Positions 44,907-58,612 of a stretch of 64,000 bases of DNA are shown piece by piece; position 1 is the first letter of the stretch, and every line of letters starts with the position of its first letter. Source of the stretch: Eledone cirrhosa (taxonomy: Eukaryota); assembly GCA_964016885.1 (NCBI GenBank), contig OZ024749.1, positions 22,878,001 to 22,942,000 of the forward strand, written 5' to 3'. A program made the position numbers and the translations under genes. Under the pieces are notes generated by a model. It had not been told where the DNA came from and made no database searches. It was given only the letters and a program-made list of their open reading frames with translations.

Positions 44907-44956
<50 letters not shown>

Positions 44957-45143
44957 ATGTATACAAAGGCACACATGCACCTGAAAGCACGCAATATATA
45001 AATATATATTTGTCTGCATGTTGCTCCTGTCTGAAAACACTATTGCATCTGTTGCCGTGGGTGGTTATTAATCTCACAGCTGCGACTCCCTTTATAAACA
45101 CTCACAAACACATATAAACACTCACAAACACATATATATACAC

Positions 45144-45242
<99 letters not shown>

Positions 45243-45333
45243 TACATATAGATATATAGATATGTTTATATATAAAGATACATGTATATATGCATATATG
45301 TGTACATATACACACATATGTAAATATAAAAAA

Positions 45334-45378
<45 letters not shown>

Positions 45379-45538
45379 CATATATGTATATATGCATATA
45401 TGTGTACATATACACACATATTTATATATAAAAAAAAAATATATATATACACACTTTTATATATGCATATATATATATATACACCATTCTATCTATTTAT
45501 CTCTCTCTCTATATATATATATATACATACATCATACA

Positions 45539-45598
<60 letters not shown>

Positions 45599-45618
45599 CA
45601 TTATGTAGAGCTGGAAGA

Positions 45619-45804
45619 TTGGCGGTGGATTGGCAGTATCAGTAGAGGGTCGGACGCCATGCTATCCAGCATAGTTACGTCCCTTTACGATCTGAGTTGA
45701 AATCCCGCCGAGGTTGACTTTGCCTTTCATCCTTACGGGGTCGGTAAAATAAAGTACCAGTAATACACTGGGTAATTGCTGGCCTTGTGCCTAAAGTAGA
45801 AACA
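45619..45804 (+). mobile_element. Full-length SINE family A
   Basis: 19-bp TSD ATTATGTAGAGCTGGAAGA at 45600-45618 and 45805-45823. Confidence 0.95.
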
Positions 45805-46039
45805 ATTATGTAGAGCTGGAAGACTCTGGGTGCATGGCACAGGTAAGTGTCATGCATACATCATATAAACAAGACTCTGAACGATTTGATAACCAGTTAT
45901 AATTTATGAGGGCTATTTTGAATGTTCAGAGTGAAATATGTGTTGAAATCTTTAATTATGTGTCTAAAAGGCATTAGAAATGAAAACAAATCATTCCATC
46001 TACACGTTGGCTTGAGCTGTGAGTAATGAGATGGACCTT

Positions 46040-46520
46040 CGTGGGTGACAACGAAGAGCAGTATTACAGGTTTACAAATAAGAGCTAGCGGAATAGCGTC
46101 CTTGTGAAATGAACATGCAAATAGCTGAATAATCCACAGTTACGTAGCGTAATTCCCGTAGGGAGATTCTGCATGACATGTTGAGTTTGTGAAAAGAATG
46201 ATCCTTTGAATTACAGGTACGATTCATCATTGTTAGTGAATTGGCAGTATCGGTAGAGGGTTGGACGCCATGCTTTCTAGCATCCTTACGTCCCTTTACG
46301 ATCTGAGTTCAAAACCGGTCGAGGTTAACTTTGCCTTTCATCCTTACGAGGTCGATAAAATAAAGTACCAGTAATGTACCAAATTTAGAAACAATTATTG
46401 TTAGCTGAGTTGACTGGTGTAACTAAATCAAGATTGTATTGCTCAAGGACAGAACACCCCACCAGGAAGCAATCTAATGAGGTTATGTTTGTAAGACGAA
46501 TACTCTAGACACTAACCCAC
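46040..46520. mobile_element. SINE family A (+, ~46241-46398) nested in an old CORE-type SINE (-)
   Basis: ATTGTTAG on both sides of the family A copy; AGCTGAGTTGACTGG...TTGCTCAAGGA resembles ~57936-57981. Confidence 0.7.
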
Positions 46521-47076
46521 TTCTCTTTACAGCTGTGAGGAATATCCTCTAAGGATTGAAATGAATTCTATTTGGTCAAGTTTTTCCATCATTGCTGAAA
46601 CAATTAAAATTGTCACTGCTTTCCTGGGGAAACGAGACGAGATATGAACCAAGAAATCACAGACACAACACAAATGTTGTATGGAATCCAACCCAACGCT
46701 TTGAAAAATCTGCCAGTCCTCTTATCCTGGACAATTCCTTTCTGTATCGACGCATAAAGGATGGATGGCAAAGCTGACCTCAAAGTCAACACAAATTCCA
46801 AAGTCTTTAATTCGAAACTCTAAATGCTTTGCCAATTTACTGTATATTATCAACTAAAATCGAGGTAAAGAACGGGAGATATTCTAATGTTGTCTTACAT
46901 ATGTCTTACATATAGAGTTTCTAGGACAATGACAGGGAGTGTCATGGCTGGAACGCGTTTGACCATATGTGTATGTGAATCACTGAACTAGGTCCTACAC
47001 AAAAACAGCAGCAATAATATGAAAATCAGCAACAAAATAAACAACAATAACAACACCAACAACAATAGTAATAACG

Positions 47077-47285
47077 GTTTATGATTTAGGCACAAGGCGA
47101 ATAATTTGGGGGAATGGAAAATCGATTAAATCGTTGTCAGTTCGTAACTGGTACTTTCTCTTAATTACCCCGTAACGAGGAAAGTCTAAGCTAACCTCGG
47201 CAGGATTTGAACTCAGAACGTATATGTGAGTAACTATCTTCCGTAACGCATGTAGTCCGACGCTTTATCAATACTGCCAATCCAC
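47077..47285 (-). mobile_element. Diverged SINE family A variant
   Basis: CTGGTACTT...AACCTCGG..GGATTTGAACTCAGA...ATACTGCCAATCCAC. Confidence 0.8.
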
Positions 47286-48041
47286 AGCAGAAATAAACAA
47301 CAACAACAACAACAACAACATGAGCAATGTCCAGTATAATAATTAAAGCCAGTTCCTTAGAATGTTATTGGAAAACAGACGAGCATTTCATACTATATTG
47401 GTTCGATGGATTTTCAATAAATCTTACTGAAATGTCGCTAGGATTAAAGCGAAGGAACCTTAGTAACTCACTGGAATAAAACATGTAAATGTTAAAGCGA
47501 TTAATATTGTAGTCATTACTCTAAACATTGTATAGCTTTCAGCGTTAACATTTATAAAATGTAGCTTTATAAAGGGGCAGCGGACTGTCAGTGTTGTGAG
47601 AATGGTGAATAGAATACAACCATATGATTCAAAATCTCATCAAGTCCAAATTTGTTATTCAGGATTTTGAGGTTAATAAATAAGGCACCAGTCTAATACT
47701 GAGGTCGAACCTTACTCTCATTCTGGTGATTACATTTCCACCCTATCTCTCTCTCTCGCTCTGATTTGTTGGAAATAATCGGTTGCGTTGACACACTGAG
47801 GGGAATGAGCGTCACGAGGTTTAGTATGCCCAAGACACGAATTCTCTCTCAAGTTTCGAGAGATATGGACAAAGCAACTCCTCTGCACAAATTCTATCCC
47901 AGTTAATATGACGCATGTATGAATCACAATTAACTGTCCGCGGGCAAGTAAATATATGAATAGATGAAATACTTGCTAGACATTTAAATATTCATCTTTT
48001 GGTCATGTCACATATAAAATTCGTTACGTACTATGTAATTA

Positions 48042-48075
<34 letters not shown>

Positions 48076-48076
<1 letters not shown>

Positions 48077-49589
48077 TGGTAAACGGAATAGAAAATGCTG
48101 ACAAATTGTTCACAGTTGAAAAATGGTTTAATTAGGAATAAAAGAGTATTAGTGATTGTATGGGTTAGTATTCAGTTGTGGTTTTAAGTTTTTAAGTTTT
48201 TACCGGTTGCGCATTTCTAAATGCTTTTCAAAAATAATTTTGAGATAGAGTGTCCGTGCTGTTTGCTCTGTTCTGATTAGTTTTGGGAATTCTACCTGTT
48301 TTTATGTTAAAAAAATGGCTCCAGCGTTATTTTTGTGTTGTAAAAATGCTTGTGGTCAAAACAATTTTGATTGGTCGGTAGAGGTCATGTGAATGTAAAA
48401 AGTTGATTTTGCGCCAAGACTGTTTTTATGTTAAAATGTTAGAAAAGTGGCTCCAGCAAAGATTATGGTCAAAACAATTTTGATTGGTCGGTAGAGGTCA
48501 TGTGGATAAAAAATTGGTTTTGCGCCAAGATTGAGAAATGACTCTTTCACAACAAATGTTAAACAAGTTACGTTAAAATTAATATTAAAATTAATATTCC
48601 CTACAACTTAGCCAAGAGAATCTGTACTATAGTCTCCAATAAAAACATCTGCTACTTACGGCTACAAGAACTAAAGGACACACTCATAGGCAGGGACTAC
48701 CCTGCATCACTAATTGACAATGGAATCCAACGTGCCCTAAAACTCAGTACCCAGGACCTTAGACACCCTAAAGTAAATCAACCAAAACTAAAAGCTCTTC
48801 CATACATCTCCACACACAACCCCCTCAACAACGAGGCCTTTGACACCATCCTCCAGAACATCCCTGTATTGAAAAAGGACCATAGAATGAACCAAATTCT
48901 ACGAACACACGATATCATAAAAAGCAAAAGACAATCCAAGTCAATGAAAAACATCTTAACACATGCCAAAGTACTGCCAACCACAACAACGAAACCCACA
49001 GTAAAAAAATGCGATAGACCCAACTGTGGAATTTGCATCAACCTAATAGAGGGTTCGGAATTCTATTTCAAAGATGGACAACGTTTTATAGTAAAACACA
49101 ATTTCACATGTGCATCGGAAAATTTAATATATGTATTAACTTGTTCAGGTTGTCGAGAACAATACATAGGCCAGACCAAAAACAGCCTCCGCCAACGCAT
49201 GACTGTCCATAGATCCCAAATTAAAATACGGGAATACAGGAAAATACCACTGAGTGAACACATTGATACCTGCGCCGCCCAAAATCATCCCAACTTCAGA
49301 ATCTTTCCCCTCTACAAATTTAAAGATAATGCCACCCACACCCAGCGCATCAGCAAGGAATCTTACTTCATTAACAAATACGGACCCCGTCTAAACACTT
49401 CTCCCTAAGACGAACCCACAACATACACACGTCAACATACATACCTACATCAGCACACATCTCTACCCACATATAAACACAATGACACACGTAAACACAC
49501 ATGCTCTATGGTGCAATACAAAAAAATATATGTGCATATATATGTATGTATATATGTATATATGTATATATATGTGTGTAGTGAAAATG

Positions 49590-49628
<39 letters not shown>

Positions 49629-49834
49629 ATAGTGAATATCATTTCACACCTTTTATTGTTAAGATTGTTGATGTTCTATTAAGAGAACCGATTTTACTGA
49701 AAAAATCGAATAATGTACACCATTTTACCAGGGGGGGGGGAAAAAATACTGGTCCACCCACACACGCACACACACGCACGCACGCATGTATACGCAGACA
49801 CATACACACGCGTACATCAACATACAAAGAGACT

Positions 49835-49865
<31 letters not shown>

Positions 49866-50036
49866 GCGCACTTCTCCGTATAAGACAAAAGCTGAAAAAT
49901 ATCTTTTGACCTTCGAATGACTCTGCTGTGTGTGTGTACGCACACACACACACACACACACACACTTATCTTAATAGCCATTTGACACACATCGCTGGTG
50001 GCTATTGTCGCAGCATCGAATACCTTACTACTACTA

Positions 50037-50092
<56 letters not shown>

Positions 50093-50607
50093 TTGTTGTG
50101 AAAGAGTCATTTCTCAATCTTGGCGCAAAACCAATTTTTTATCCACATGACCTCTACCGACCAATCAAAATTGTTTTGACCATAATCTTTGCTGGAGCCA
50201 CTTTTCTAACATTTTAACATAAAAACAGTCTTGGCGCAAAATCAACTTTTTACATTCACATGACCTCTACCGACCAATCAAAATTGTTTTGACCACAAGC
50301 ATTTTTACAACACAAAAATAACGCTGGAGCCATTTTTTTAACATAAAAACAGGTAGAATTCCCAAAACTAATCAGAACAGAGCAAACAGCACGGACACTC
50401 TATCTCAAAATTATTTTTGAAAAGCATTTAGAAATGCGCAACCGGTAAAAACTTAAAAACTTAAAACCACAACTGAATACTAACCCATACAATCACTAAT
50501 ACTCTTTTATTCCTAATTAAACCATTTTTCAACTGTGAACAATTTGTCAGCATTTTCTATTCCGTTTACCAATATATAATAACTTGTGTGTTACACCTCT
50601 ATTCTTT

Positions 50608-50612
<5 letters not shown>
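48076..50612 (+). mobile_element. 5'-truncated PLE with ~484-bp near-perfect inverted arms (48076-48559 / 50089-50572) and a ~40-nt 3' tail, flanked by (TA)n
   Basis: Arm match; thumb + GIY-YIG ORF between the arms. Confidence 0.93.
48587..49408 (+). pseudogene. PLE RT thumb + Cys-rich linker + GIY-YIG endonuclease (open frame, no natural start)
   Basis: NIPYNLAKRIC...RDYP..LI, LPYISTHNP, CDRPNCGIC, NLIYVLTC..C..QYIGQT...R..VH, E..FI....P.LN. Confidence 0.93.
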
Positions 50613-50700
<88 letters not shown>

Positions 50701-50765
50701 TAAAAGATATTTTGCGTAGATTTTTTGCTTTTTTTGCTTCCACTGCATGCCCATATATGGACGGT

Positions 50766-50861
50766 ATCCCTTGATAAGTTCATCTAGATTCCCGCCGTTC
50801 TAATACTAAACGCTTAGTTCGGATCTAGCAGTTGAAACGGCCGGAGCGCAGCCGTCGGGGT
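50766..50861 (+). ncRNA. U3-A8 type I hammerhead of a diverged Naiad-like family
   Basis: AUCCC-UUGAUAA-..CUAGAU(U)CC..GGAUCUAG..-GAAA-CGGC-loop-GCCG-UC-GGGGU; preceded by CCATATATGG and ending at TTCCTA like the Naiad pLTR. Confidence 0.8.
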
Positions 50862-50874
50862 CCTGACTCTTTTC

Positions 50875-50916
<42 letters not shown>

Positions 50917-51076
50917 ATATATATATATATATAACTAAAAGTTAAACAAGGTTCATTGATTAATCAATGAATATAGTTTTACAATAGATTAGAAGCACTC
51001 AACAAAGAGTTTTCTGGAGTTATTAATATTAATTCAAAATATTAATAAATATAGACATTAAACGTAATCAAAATAT

Positions 51077-51140
51077 ATTTTATTATATATATTTCGGAGG
51101 TACTGTGCTGTTTTTTCAGTACGTCCTCATCAGATAAAAT
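51077..51140 (-). ncRNA. Canonical type I hammerhead
   Basis: AUUUUAU-CUGAUGA-GGACGUACUG..CAGUACCUCC-GAAA-UAUAUA-UA-AUAAAAU. Confidence 0.88.
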
Positions 51141-51659
51141 GTATAAATTGATGTATGACATACCTAACTGTGCTGATGGTTCAATTCCAGTCTTGGCATA
51201 TAAATATTGAGTTTTGTTGCAATTAATCACTGCCAAGACAGGAATTGAACCATCAGCACAGTTGAGGTATGTCATACATCAATTTATATATTTTATTTGT
51301 GTTATCTGCCGCATGTATTTTAATTTTGATTTTAAATTTGAATTGCTGTACAAATATAGTATAGTATAATATATGTCACTCCACTGTACATCAATATATA
51401 TACATATGTATCTGTATATGTGTTGCGTTGGATAGGAGGCCAATTATATGTACAAGCATTGAAAAATGCTCCGAAGTGTAAGTGTAAGTGAACAAATGCT
51501 TTGAACATAGCTTTCATTCTTGTGAATTCGATATAACTGCTCTGTAGAACAACTGATGTTCTTACATTGAGGTAATTATCTTACTGGTAATAAGGTAGTA
51601 ATAAATTACTGACCTTCCCTGTTTATAGTTTAAAATATACATAACTATAAATAGTATCC

Positions 51660-51720
<61 letters not shown>

Positions 51721-51724
<4 letters not shown>

Positions 51725-51849
51725 AACGAGTAGGACCCCGACGGCTGAGCTCAAGCCGGTTAGACGGCTAATTCTGGACTCTACTACCCTAAGTATTGAG
51801 TACTTTGGTGCGTTATGGTCCACCTGGTTCCTTACCACATTTCCTTCGT

Positions 51850-51851
<2 letters not shown>
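51721..51851 (-). mobile_element. 131-bp mini-insertion of the Naiad family
   Basis: 51721-51780 is the reverse complement of 14398-14457; 51781-51851 matches 10931-11001; (TA)n on both sides. Confidence 0.92.
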
Positions 51852-51910
<59 letters not shown>

Positions 51911-52596
51911 CAATATATATATATATGTAAACTTTTATATATATATATATAAGCGCAAATGCACACTAACACGTACACACACATACATGAGACCAAATGA
52001 GGTTTATTTTTTAGAAAAGTCCCCGGAATGGAAAGAAACAAGGCAGTTATTGAGAATTAGAGTTTAAATTAATGCATGCAAGATTTGGCAGCTCGAGCAT
52101 CACTCCTTCATAATCTTTCTTATAGACGTTTGAGCCTACCTTCCTGTATGTTCACACACACACACACACGCACACATACACACGCATACCCACACACACG
52201 CACATGCATATATATGCATACATTTAAAGATTTATATTACACTAAAATCAATATATGTATATGAAAATAAATTTCTGCAGATTAGGCACTATGCTGTGTC
52301 CTCTGGGTGTATGTAGCTTTGCTGGCATGGTTGTGTCTCTATTTCTATGTGTGTGTATATGTGTATGTTTGTGTGTGTGCTTGCATATTTGTGTGTATGC
52401 GTATGTTTGTGTCTGTGCTTGCATGTGTGTATAGATGTGTATGTTTATATTTATGTCTCTTTGCATGTGTGCGGATAAGTGTACGTTTGCGTGTGCTTGT
52501 ATGTATGAATTTATGTATCATGTACGTATATATGTATGCATGTACGTACATATGCATGTATGTATGAATGTATGTATGTTATCTCTTTCTCTTAAT

Positions 52597-53680
52597 TTCG
52601 AGTATATTTTTTTGACCGGCCACCTTCCTGGTGGCAAGGTTGTAAAAGAAATTGTCATCCCTTGAATCGCAAGAATGTTTTGTAAATTTTGAAGGTGCCA
52701 GCTATCGCAACCATTTGCAGACTATGAATTAGGGAGCTGCGCTCTTTGTCCGCAAATCCAAGTTCAGTCATACTTTGGTCCAAGTGGGTTGGTATATGTA
52801 TGAAGCTAAAGGTGTATCTTGGATACTGGATTTGTAAATACCTCATCAATGGTCCGTAGATGCGCTCCTTCTCCTGTATTTTTCTGACAACGTTTACACA
52901 AGTGGGCAGCTGATCTTCACAACAGAACATGTATGTATGTATGTATGTTCCTTTGATTTTATATTTTCACAAATGTTTGCCAATAGAAAGCGAGACTGTT
53001 TCTAACATAGATACAAGACTCTCTCATTGGAATTTACACAATATCAACTAGGTAGATATGTATGCATGCATGCATGTGTAGATATGTATGTATGTATGTA
53101 CGTATGTATGTATGTATGTATGTATGTATGTATATATGTATTGTCTTCTGGTTTTATAATTTCTCAAAATGTTACCAATAGAGAGAGAGTCGGTTTCTAA
53201 CATAGACACAAGACTCTCTCATTGGAATTTACAGAACATCAACTAGGTAGATTATGTATGCATGCATGTGTAGATATGGATGTTATTGTATGTGTGCATG
53301 TGTATATGCTTTGTATCTGTAGATGAGTATATGCAGTTATTAGATGCAACATGTTTGGAATGTTTTACATATTTTTACTGTTCCATTAATGGATTGTACT
53401 TGTAATTTCCTAACTAGTTGTGTTCTTTCTGTTCAGCCTAGCTTCTCAAGATTTGTATTGAGACAGTAACTAACATTCCCCAGTGGCCCAATTATCACAG
53501 GTATAAATCTGAAGGTGTAATCAGGGTGGAGTATCTGAAGATTTCTCATCAGTTCTGCATAAATATTCTCCTTTTCGCTAATCTTTGATATTATATTGGG
53601 ATCTGCTGGGCAGCTAATTTCCACTACTGTGCATGCTTTCTTCTCCCTGTCCCATATCATAATATCTGGTCTGTTAAGTA
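52597..53680 (-). mobile_element. Tandem 3'-end fragments of restriction-like-endonuclease non-LTR retrotransposons (R4/Dong-like) in (TATG)n
   Basis: RPDIMIWDREKK.CTVVEISCP.D....K..EK...Y..L...L...P.Y.F.FIPVIIGPLG (53433-53675); homologous peptide at 52655-52920; 3' UTR repeated at ~52950 and ~53145. Confidence 0.82.
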
Positions 53681-53991
53681 TTTATGAATGTATATATGTA
53701 TGTATATATGTATATATATATATATGTATATATGTATGAATGTATATATGTATGAATGTATATATGCATGTATGTATAAATGTATGTATGTATGAATGTA
53801 TGTATGTATAAATGTATGAATGTATGTATGAATGTATGTATATATGTATGTATTATGTATAGATATATATATAAATGTATGTATATGTATATGAATGTAA
53901 ATATGGATGTATGTATGAATGTATATATGTATGAATGTATGTTTGTATGAATGTATATGTGTATGTATATATGTATGTATGTATGTATGTA

Positions 53992-54027
<36 letters not shown>

Positions 54028-54207
54028 AAGTAAGTAAGTAAAAAATTTAAAAAAAATTTTTTTAAAAAATATTTTCTTATTTTACGTCTTTTATATTATT
54101 GTTCTGCATTCTCCTGCATTGAACCACCTAGGTACTATGACATAACCTGTGTATTTGCTAGCATGGGCGTGCATCTGTGCGCTTATGTTAGTTGATATAT
54201 TAAATTA

Positions 54208-54324
<117 letters not shown>

Positions 54325-54599
54325 TTATATATTGAGGTACCAGTTTGGAGACTCAGTTAATAGAAAAGGCAACAGTATATCACCTTTATTTAAATATATT
54401 GACACAGGAGATGTGAAAACATCAAGTTGCCAATCTCACAAACTATTTCAAATTAATTTCAGACCAAGTTTAATACAAAATGATCCTCAACATTCGGTGT
54501 TTAATGCCGAACCTTACTGTATATAAATGATGTCCCCCTCAAAATGTATAGACACTTTAACAGCATTCTAATCAAAATGTGTAAAGATCTTTCTGGGAG

Positions 54600-54668
<69 letters not shown>

Positions 54669-54757
54669 CTCTCTCTATATATATAATATGTTTATATATA
54701 TATATATATATGTATATACAAATTTATATATATTTACATATATATATATATATGTAT

Positions 54758-54812
<55 letters not shown>

Positions 54813-54814
<2 letters not shown>

Positions 54815-55702
54815 CGTTATTGAATTTGTTTAGCAAGATTCTTTATCTGAAATCGTGTGTTGAAACCGATATTGTTATACTTTGGGAGGGTCATGTTGCC
54901 AATAAGAAACACACGCACCAGTTGTTTCACTTCAATTTATTATATATTTATAAATTTACAAATCTACAAACTTATAAATTTCTGGTTGGTTGGTTGGTTC
55001 CACAACCAGATAGTTGTTTATATATAGTCATAGTCCTTCTGTCACACACTCTGTGACCTCTTCAGTGACTGGGGATTCCTCTCTTTGTGTCTATGCCTTT
55101 CCTTTCTTCTATCCTACGCCATTTTGTTTCTGTGTGTGTGTTGTGTGCTCAGTTTGCGCATGCGCCACATCCGGGTGTCTGTGTGTGTTTGTGTTCATTT
55201 ATCTATTTGTTTATTTATTTATTTATTTATTGTTGGTTGGTTATTTGTTCTATGTGTGTGTGTGTTTTACATTTTGTCCTTAATTGTAAGTTGTGATGTT
55301 GCTGTTCCACTCATATTATCTATTTAATTTTGGTTTTACTTCTTTTATGCTTACTGCCTCTGTAATTTGCCTAAACATTGCGTCTTCTGTGTGTGGATTC
55401 TATTTTTATTTCTATGCTCTCTAATCTACCCCTGTGTTCTATCTTAGCATGTTGGTAGAGCACAGATGATTCTTTATTATCTTGGAGGTCTCGCCAGTGT
55501 TCATTTATTCGTTCCCCTATACTACGAGCTGTCTCACCTATGTACACAATATTTTTGTTTCTACATTGTCCTTCAGTACATCTTATGCTATACACTACAT
55601 TTCTAGTTTTACAGTTAATATGGGGGCTTATTTTACAGGTTATACATTTCTTATCTATACATTTCTTATTGGCAACATGACCCTCCCAAAGTATAACAAT
55701 AT
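54813..55702 (-). mobile_element. 5'-truncated PLE: GIY-YIG fragment ~55300-55660, decayed hammerhead 55026-55070, 41-bp inverted arm 55662-55702
   Basis: [29 protein letters not shown] as in 30351-30905; arm is the reverse complement of 54869-54909. Confidence 0.9.
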
Positions 55703-55762
55703 ATATATATATATATATATGTATATAAATATTTATAAATATATATAAATATATATATACAC

Positions 55763-55829
<67 letters not shown>

Positions 55830-55839
55830 TATATATATG

Positions 55840-55925
<86 letters not shown>

Positions 55926-56672
55926 TTCTCCACGCACTGGGAGATTGTCTGCAGGGCTGCACCGTACAACTTCAAGAGGAAATGCGATCTTTGCCTCATG
56001 GAGCTCTACCACATCATAACTGCACCCCACGAGCTCATCAACAGCAGAGCTGAAACAGCGATAAGTTGTACACATCGCTTAAAAATATCCTTCTTTAGAT
56101 GGGTTAAGAATGAAGAGTGAAATAGTACACTGGATCTCCCTGCAACAAGTCTTAACACCCCGGCGGGCAGGCGCAGCAAAATAACACCCAGAAAACAATC
56201 CTTGCATACAAGACCCAGCTTCAGACAAACGGATGCGGCAGGAAAAAAAAAAAAAAAAAAATTATCCGGGAAAGACTGCCTTAACACCGGCCAGAGTTAC
56301 CTCCCTTGACCTGCTGCAAAATCAAAACAAGATATTTTTGCGAGCAATGAATCTTGATGTAGATTTAACCCCCAAAACTCTTTCCGAACTATATAAGGAA
56401 CACTTGTGATTATTTATGCCCTTGAGAAGCCCAACTGGGCGAAACGTACGTAGGTGATATTTTAAATAAACATATTTTAACGGTCTATTCTCCGATTTTT
56501 TACTTTCCCACGTGCTTACGCTCTGCTAACTCTCTAGCCCACTAAATATTAACACTTCGAATATTTAACACTGCCGGCACTAGTATCGAGCACCTTTGGC
56601 ATACGCTACTTGGCAAATAACTATATGTATCACCTATCCCTCCCTTTTCTCTCTTTCTCGATACGTAAATAC
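55926..56672 (+). mobile_element. 3' fragment of a second Naiad-type PLE (coding remnant 55926-56120, not in the ORF track)
   Basis: [53 protein letters not shown] aligns with LTWRLLSRANSY...CNLCSEETLQM...LLNKKDELVTACKHRLR. Confidence 0.85.
56417..56458 (+). ncRNA. Minimal U3-A8 hammerhead
   Basis: CC-UUGAGAA-GCCC-AACU-GGGC-GAAA-CGUACG-UA-GG; stem I weak. Confidence 0.75.
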
Positions 56673-56704
56673 TATATATATATATATATATACATATATA
56701 TATG

Positions 56705-57330
56705 AATAAAGTTAGTCCTTCATCAGTGATCTTCCAACCATCATTGGTATTTCATCGCTTTAAAGACCATATACCTCCGGTTGGTGCGAGCAACGGCTAA
56801 AAAAAGGCGTTGGGACACGTAAATAAAGGGGACACGAGAGTGTAAACAAACAAAGATGGTGAAGCAACGAAAAGTGAGGAGGAACGAGTCAAGTCCCAAA
56901 TTTCCATGAATATAAGTTCGGTGAAATTGTGAACGAGAGAGAATAAAGACCATCAAACCTGGTTGGAACGTGAGCAAGGAAGGAATTCCGTACAGGTCTA
57001 ACGGGAGGAAGAAGGAATCTAGTCTGTGAATTCGGTGAACATAAGTTCTGTGAAATCGTAGACGAGAGAGAGAAAAAAAGCGAACCAGCCTGGCCAAGCG
57101 TGCGAAAGAAAAGAATTACGCACAGGTTAAACGGGAAGAAGGAGGAGAGGTAATAATAGAGAATGAGAGAGTGAAGGGTAAGAAAGAGGCTAACAGAGAG
57201 AGTGACTGTTAGAGAGGGTAAAGATACAGAGAAAGAGGAAACAGTAAGAACGAAATAGTCGGGTCACAGCGGGGGAAACAATATGTGTAAATATGAGAAT
57301 AAACGTGCTGCGCGGTTGCAAATGGGTTAC
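56705..57330 (-). mobile_element. Probable PLE-like non-coding remnant with a truncated hammerhead core (CUGAUGA-AGGACUA) next to (TA)n
   Basis: Homology to 19994-20616; internal ~130-bp degenerate duplication. Confidence 0.5.
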
Positions 57331-57462
57331 ATATAAATATATATATGTATGTACAGGTTACTAACAAGCTAGTCGTTTCCTTACTCAATATCTAATGCCG
57401 AGAGTTATTAATAAAGGAGTGTTTAAACCTTTGCAGAATTTAAAAAAAAATCATTATTGTCA

Positions 57463-58580
57463 TGGCAGTATCGGTAGAGGGTCAGACGCCATGCTTTGAC
57501 GCATTGAGTTACGGCCCTTGCCATTCTGAGTTCAAATCCCGCTGAGGTTAACTTTGCCTTTCATCCTTACGGGCGGGGTCGATAAAATAAAGTACAAGTA
57601 CTACACTTGGGTAATAGCTGGCCTTGTGCCAAAAGTAGAAACAATTATTCTTGGGAGAGGTGGATTGGCAGCATCGGTAGAGGGTTGGACGCCATGCTTT
57701 GCAGCATAGAGTTACGGCCCTTTATGATAAGAGTTCAAATCCCGCCGAGTTTAACTTTGCCTATTTCCCTTACGGGGTCGATAAAATAAAGTACCAGTAA
57801 TGTGAGTGTGTGTGTGTGTGTGTGTGACAGTTCACACTTATGCAGGTTTAGCTGGCCTCCTCCAAGTTATATCTCGTTGGAGATGTCCTAGGTGATTTAA
57901 TGATAGGGACCCCAGTCCTATCATCTTATTTCTACAGCTGAGTAAACTGGAGCAACGTGAAATAAAGTGTCTTGCTCAAGGAAACAACTCGTCACCCGGT
58001 GCGAGAATTGAACTCACATTCTTTCGATTGCAAGCCTAATGCTATAACCATTAAGCCATGCGCCTTCACAGTAATACACTGGGTTAATTGCTGGCCTTGT
58101 GCCAAAAGTAGAAACAATTATTCTTGGGGTGGTTGGGTATTGGCTGCATCGGTAGACCGTCGGACAACACGCTTTGTGGATTATAATTACCTCCCTTTAC
58201 ATTCTGACTTAAATCAGGTGGAGGTTATCGTTACCTTTTATCATTGCAGGTCTGATGAAACAAAGTACCAGTTATAAACAGAGAGCGATTTAATCGAATT
58301 TCCCCTTCACTAAATATTGTTGGCCAAATTTTGTTTTGCCAAATGTAGAAACAATTTTTGGGCTGTGAGTTGGTGACATCGGTAGAGCGTCGTACAACAT
58401 ACTTTGTGTCATATAATTCCGTTCTTTTACGTTCTGAGTTTAAATCCCGTCGAGGTTAGCTCTGCCTTTCATCCTCACAGGGCCGCAGAAATAAAGTACC
58501 AGTAATGCACTGTTTTTGATTTATCTACTTGTCCTCTCCCCACGAAAATTGTTGGTCTTCTCTCTAAATCAGAAACCATT
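57463..58580 (+). mobile_element. Four SINE family A copies; the second is split by a family B SINE on - strand (57802-58068)
   Basis: CAGTAAT duplicated at 57795-57801 and 58069-58075. Confidence 0.85.
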
Positions 58581-58612
58581 ATTATTATATGGTTATGTAT
58601 ATATATATATAT

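Noticed and set aside
48076-50572. DNA transposon or foldback TIR interpretation of the long inverted arms
   Set aside because: The enclosed ORFs are PLE RT/GIY-YIG, the arms are offset by tails, and no transposase is present
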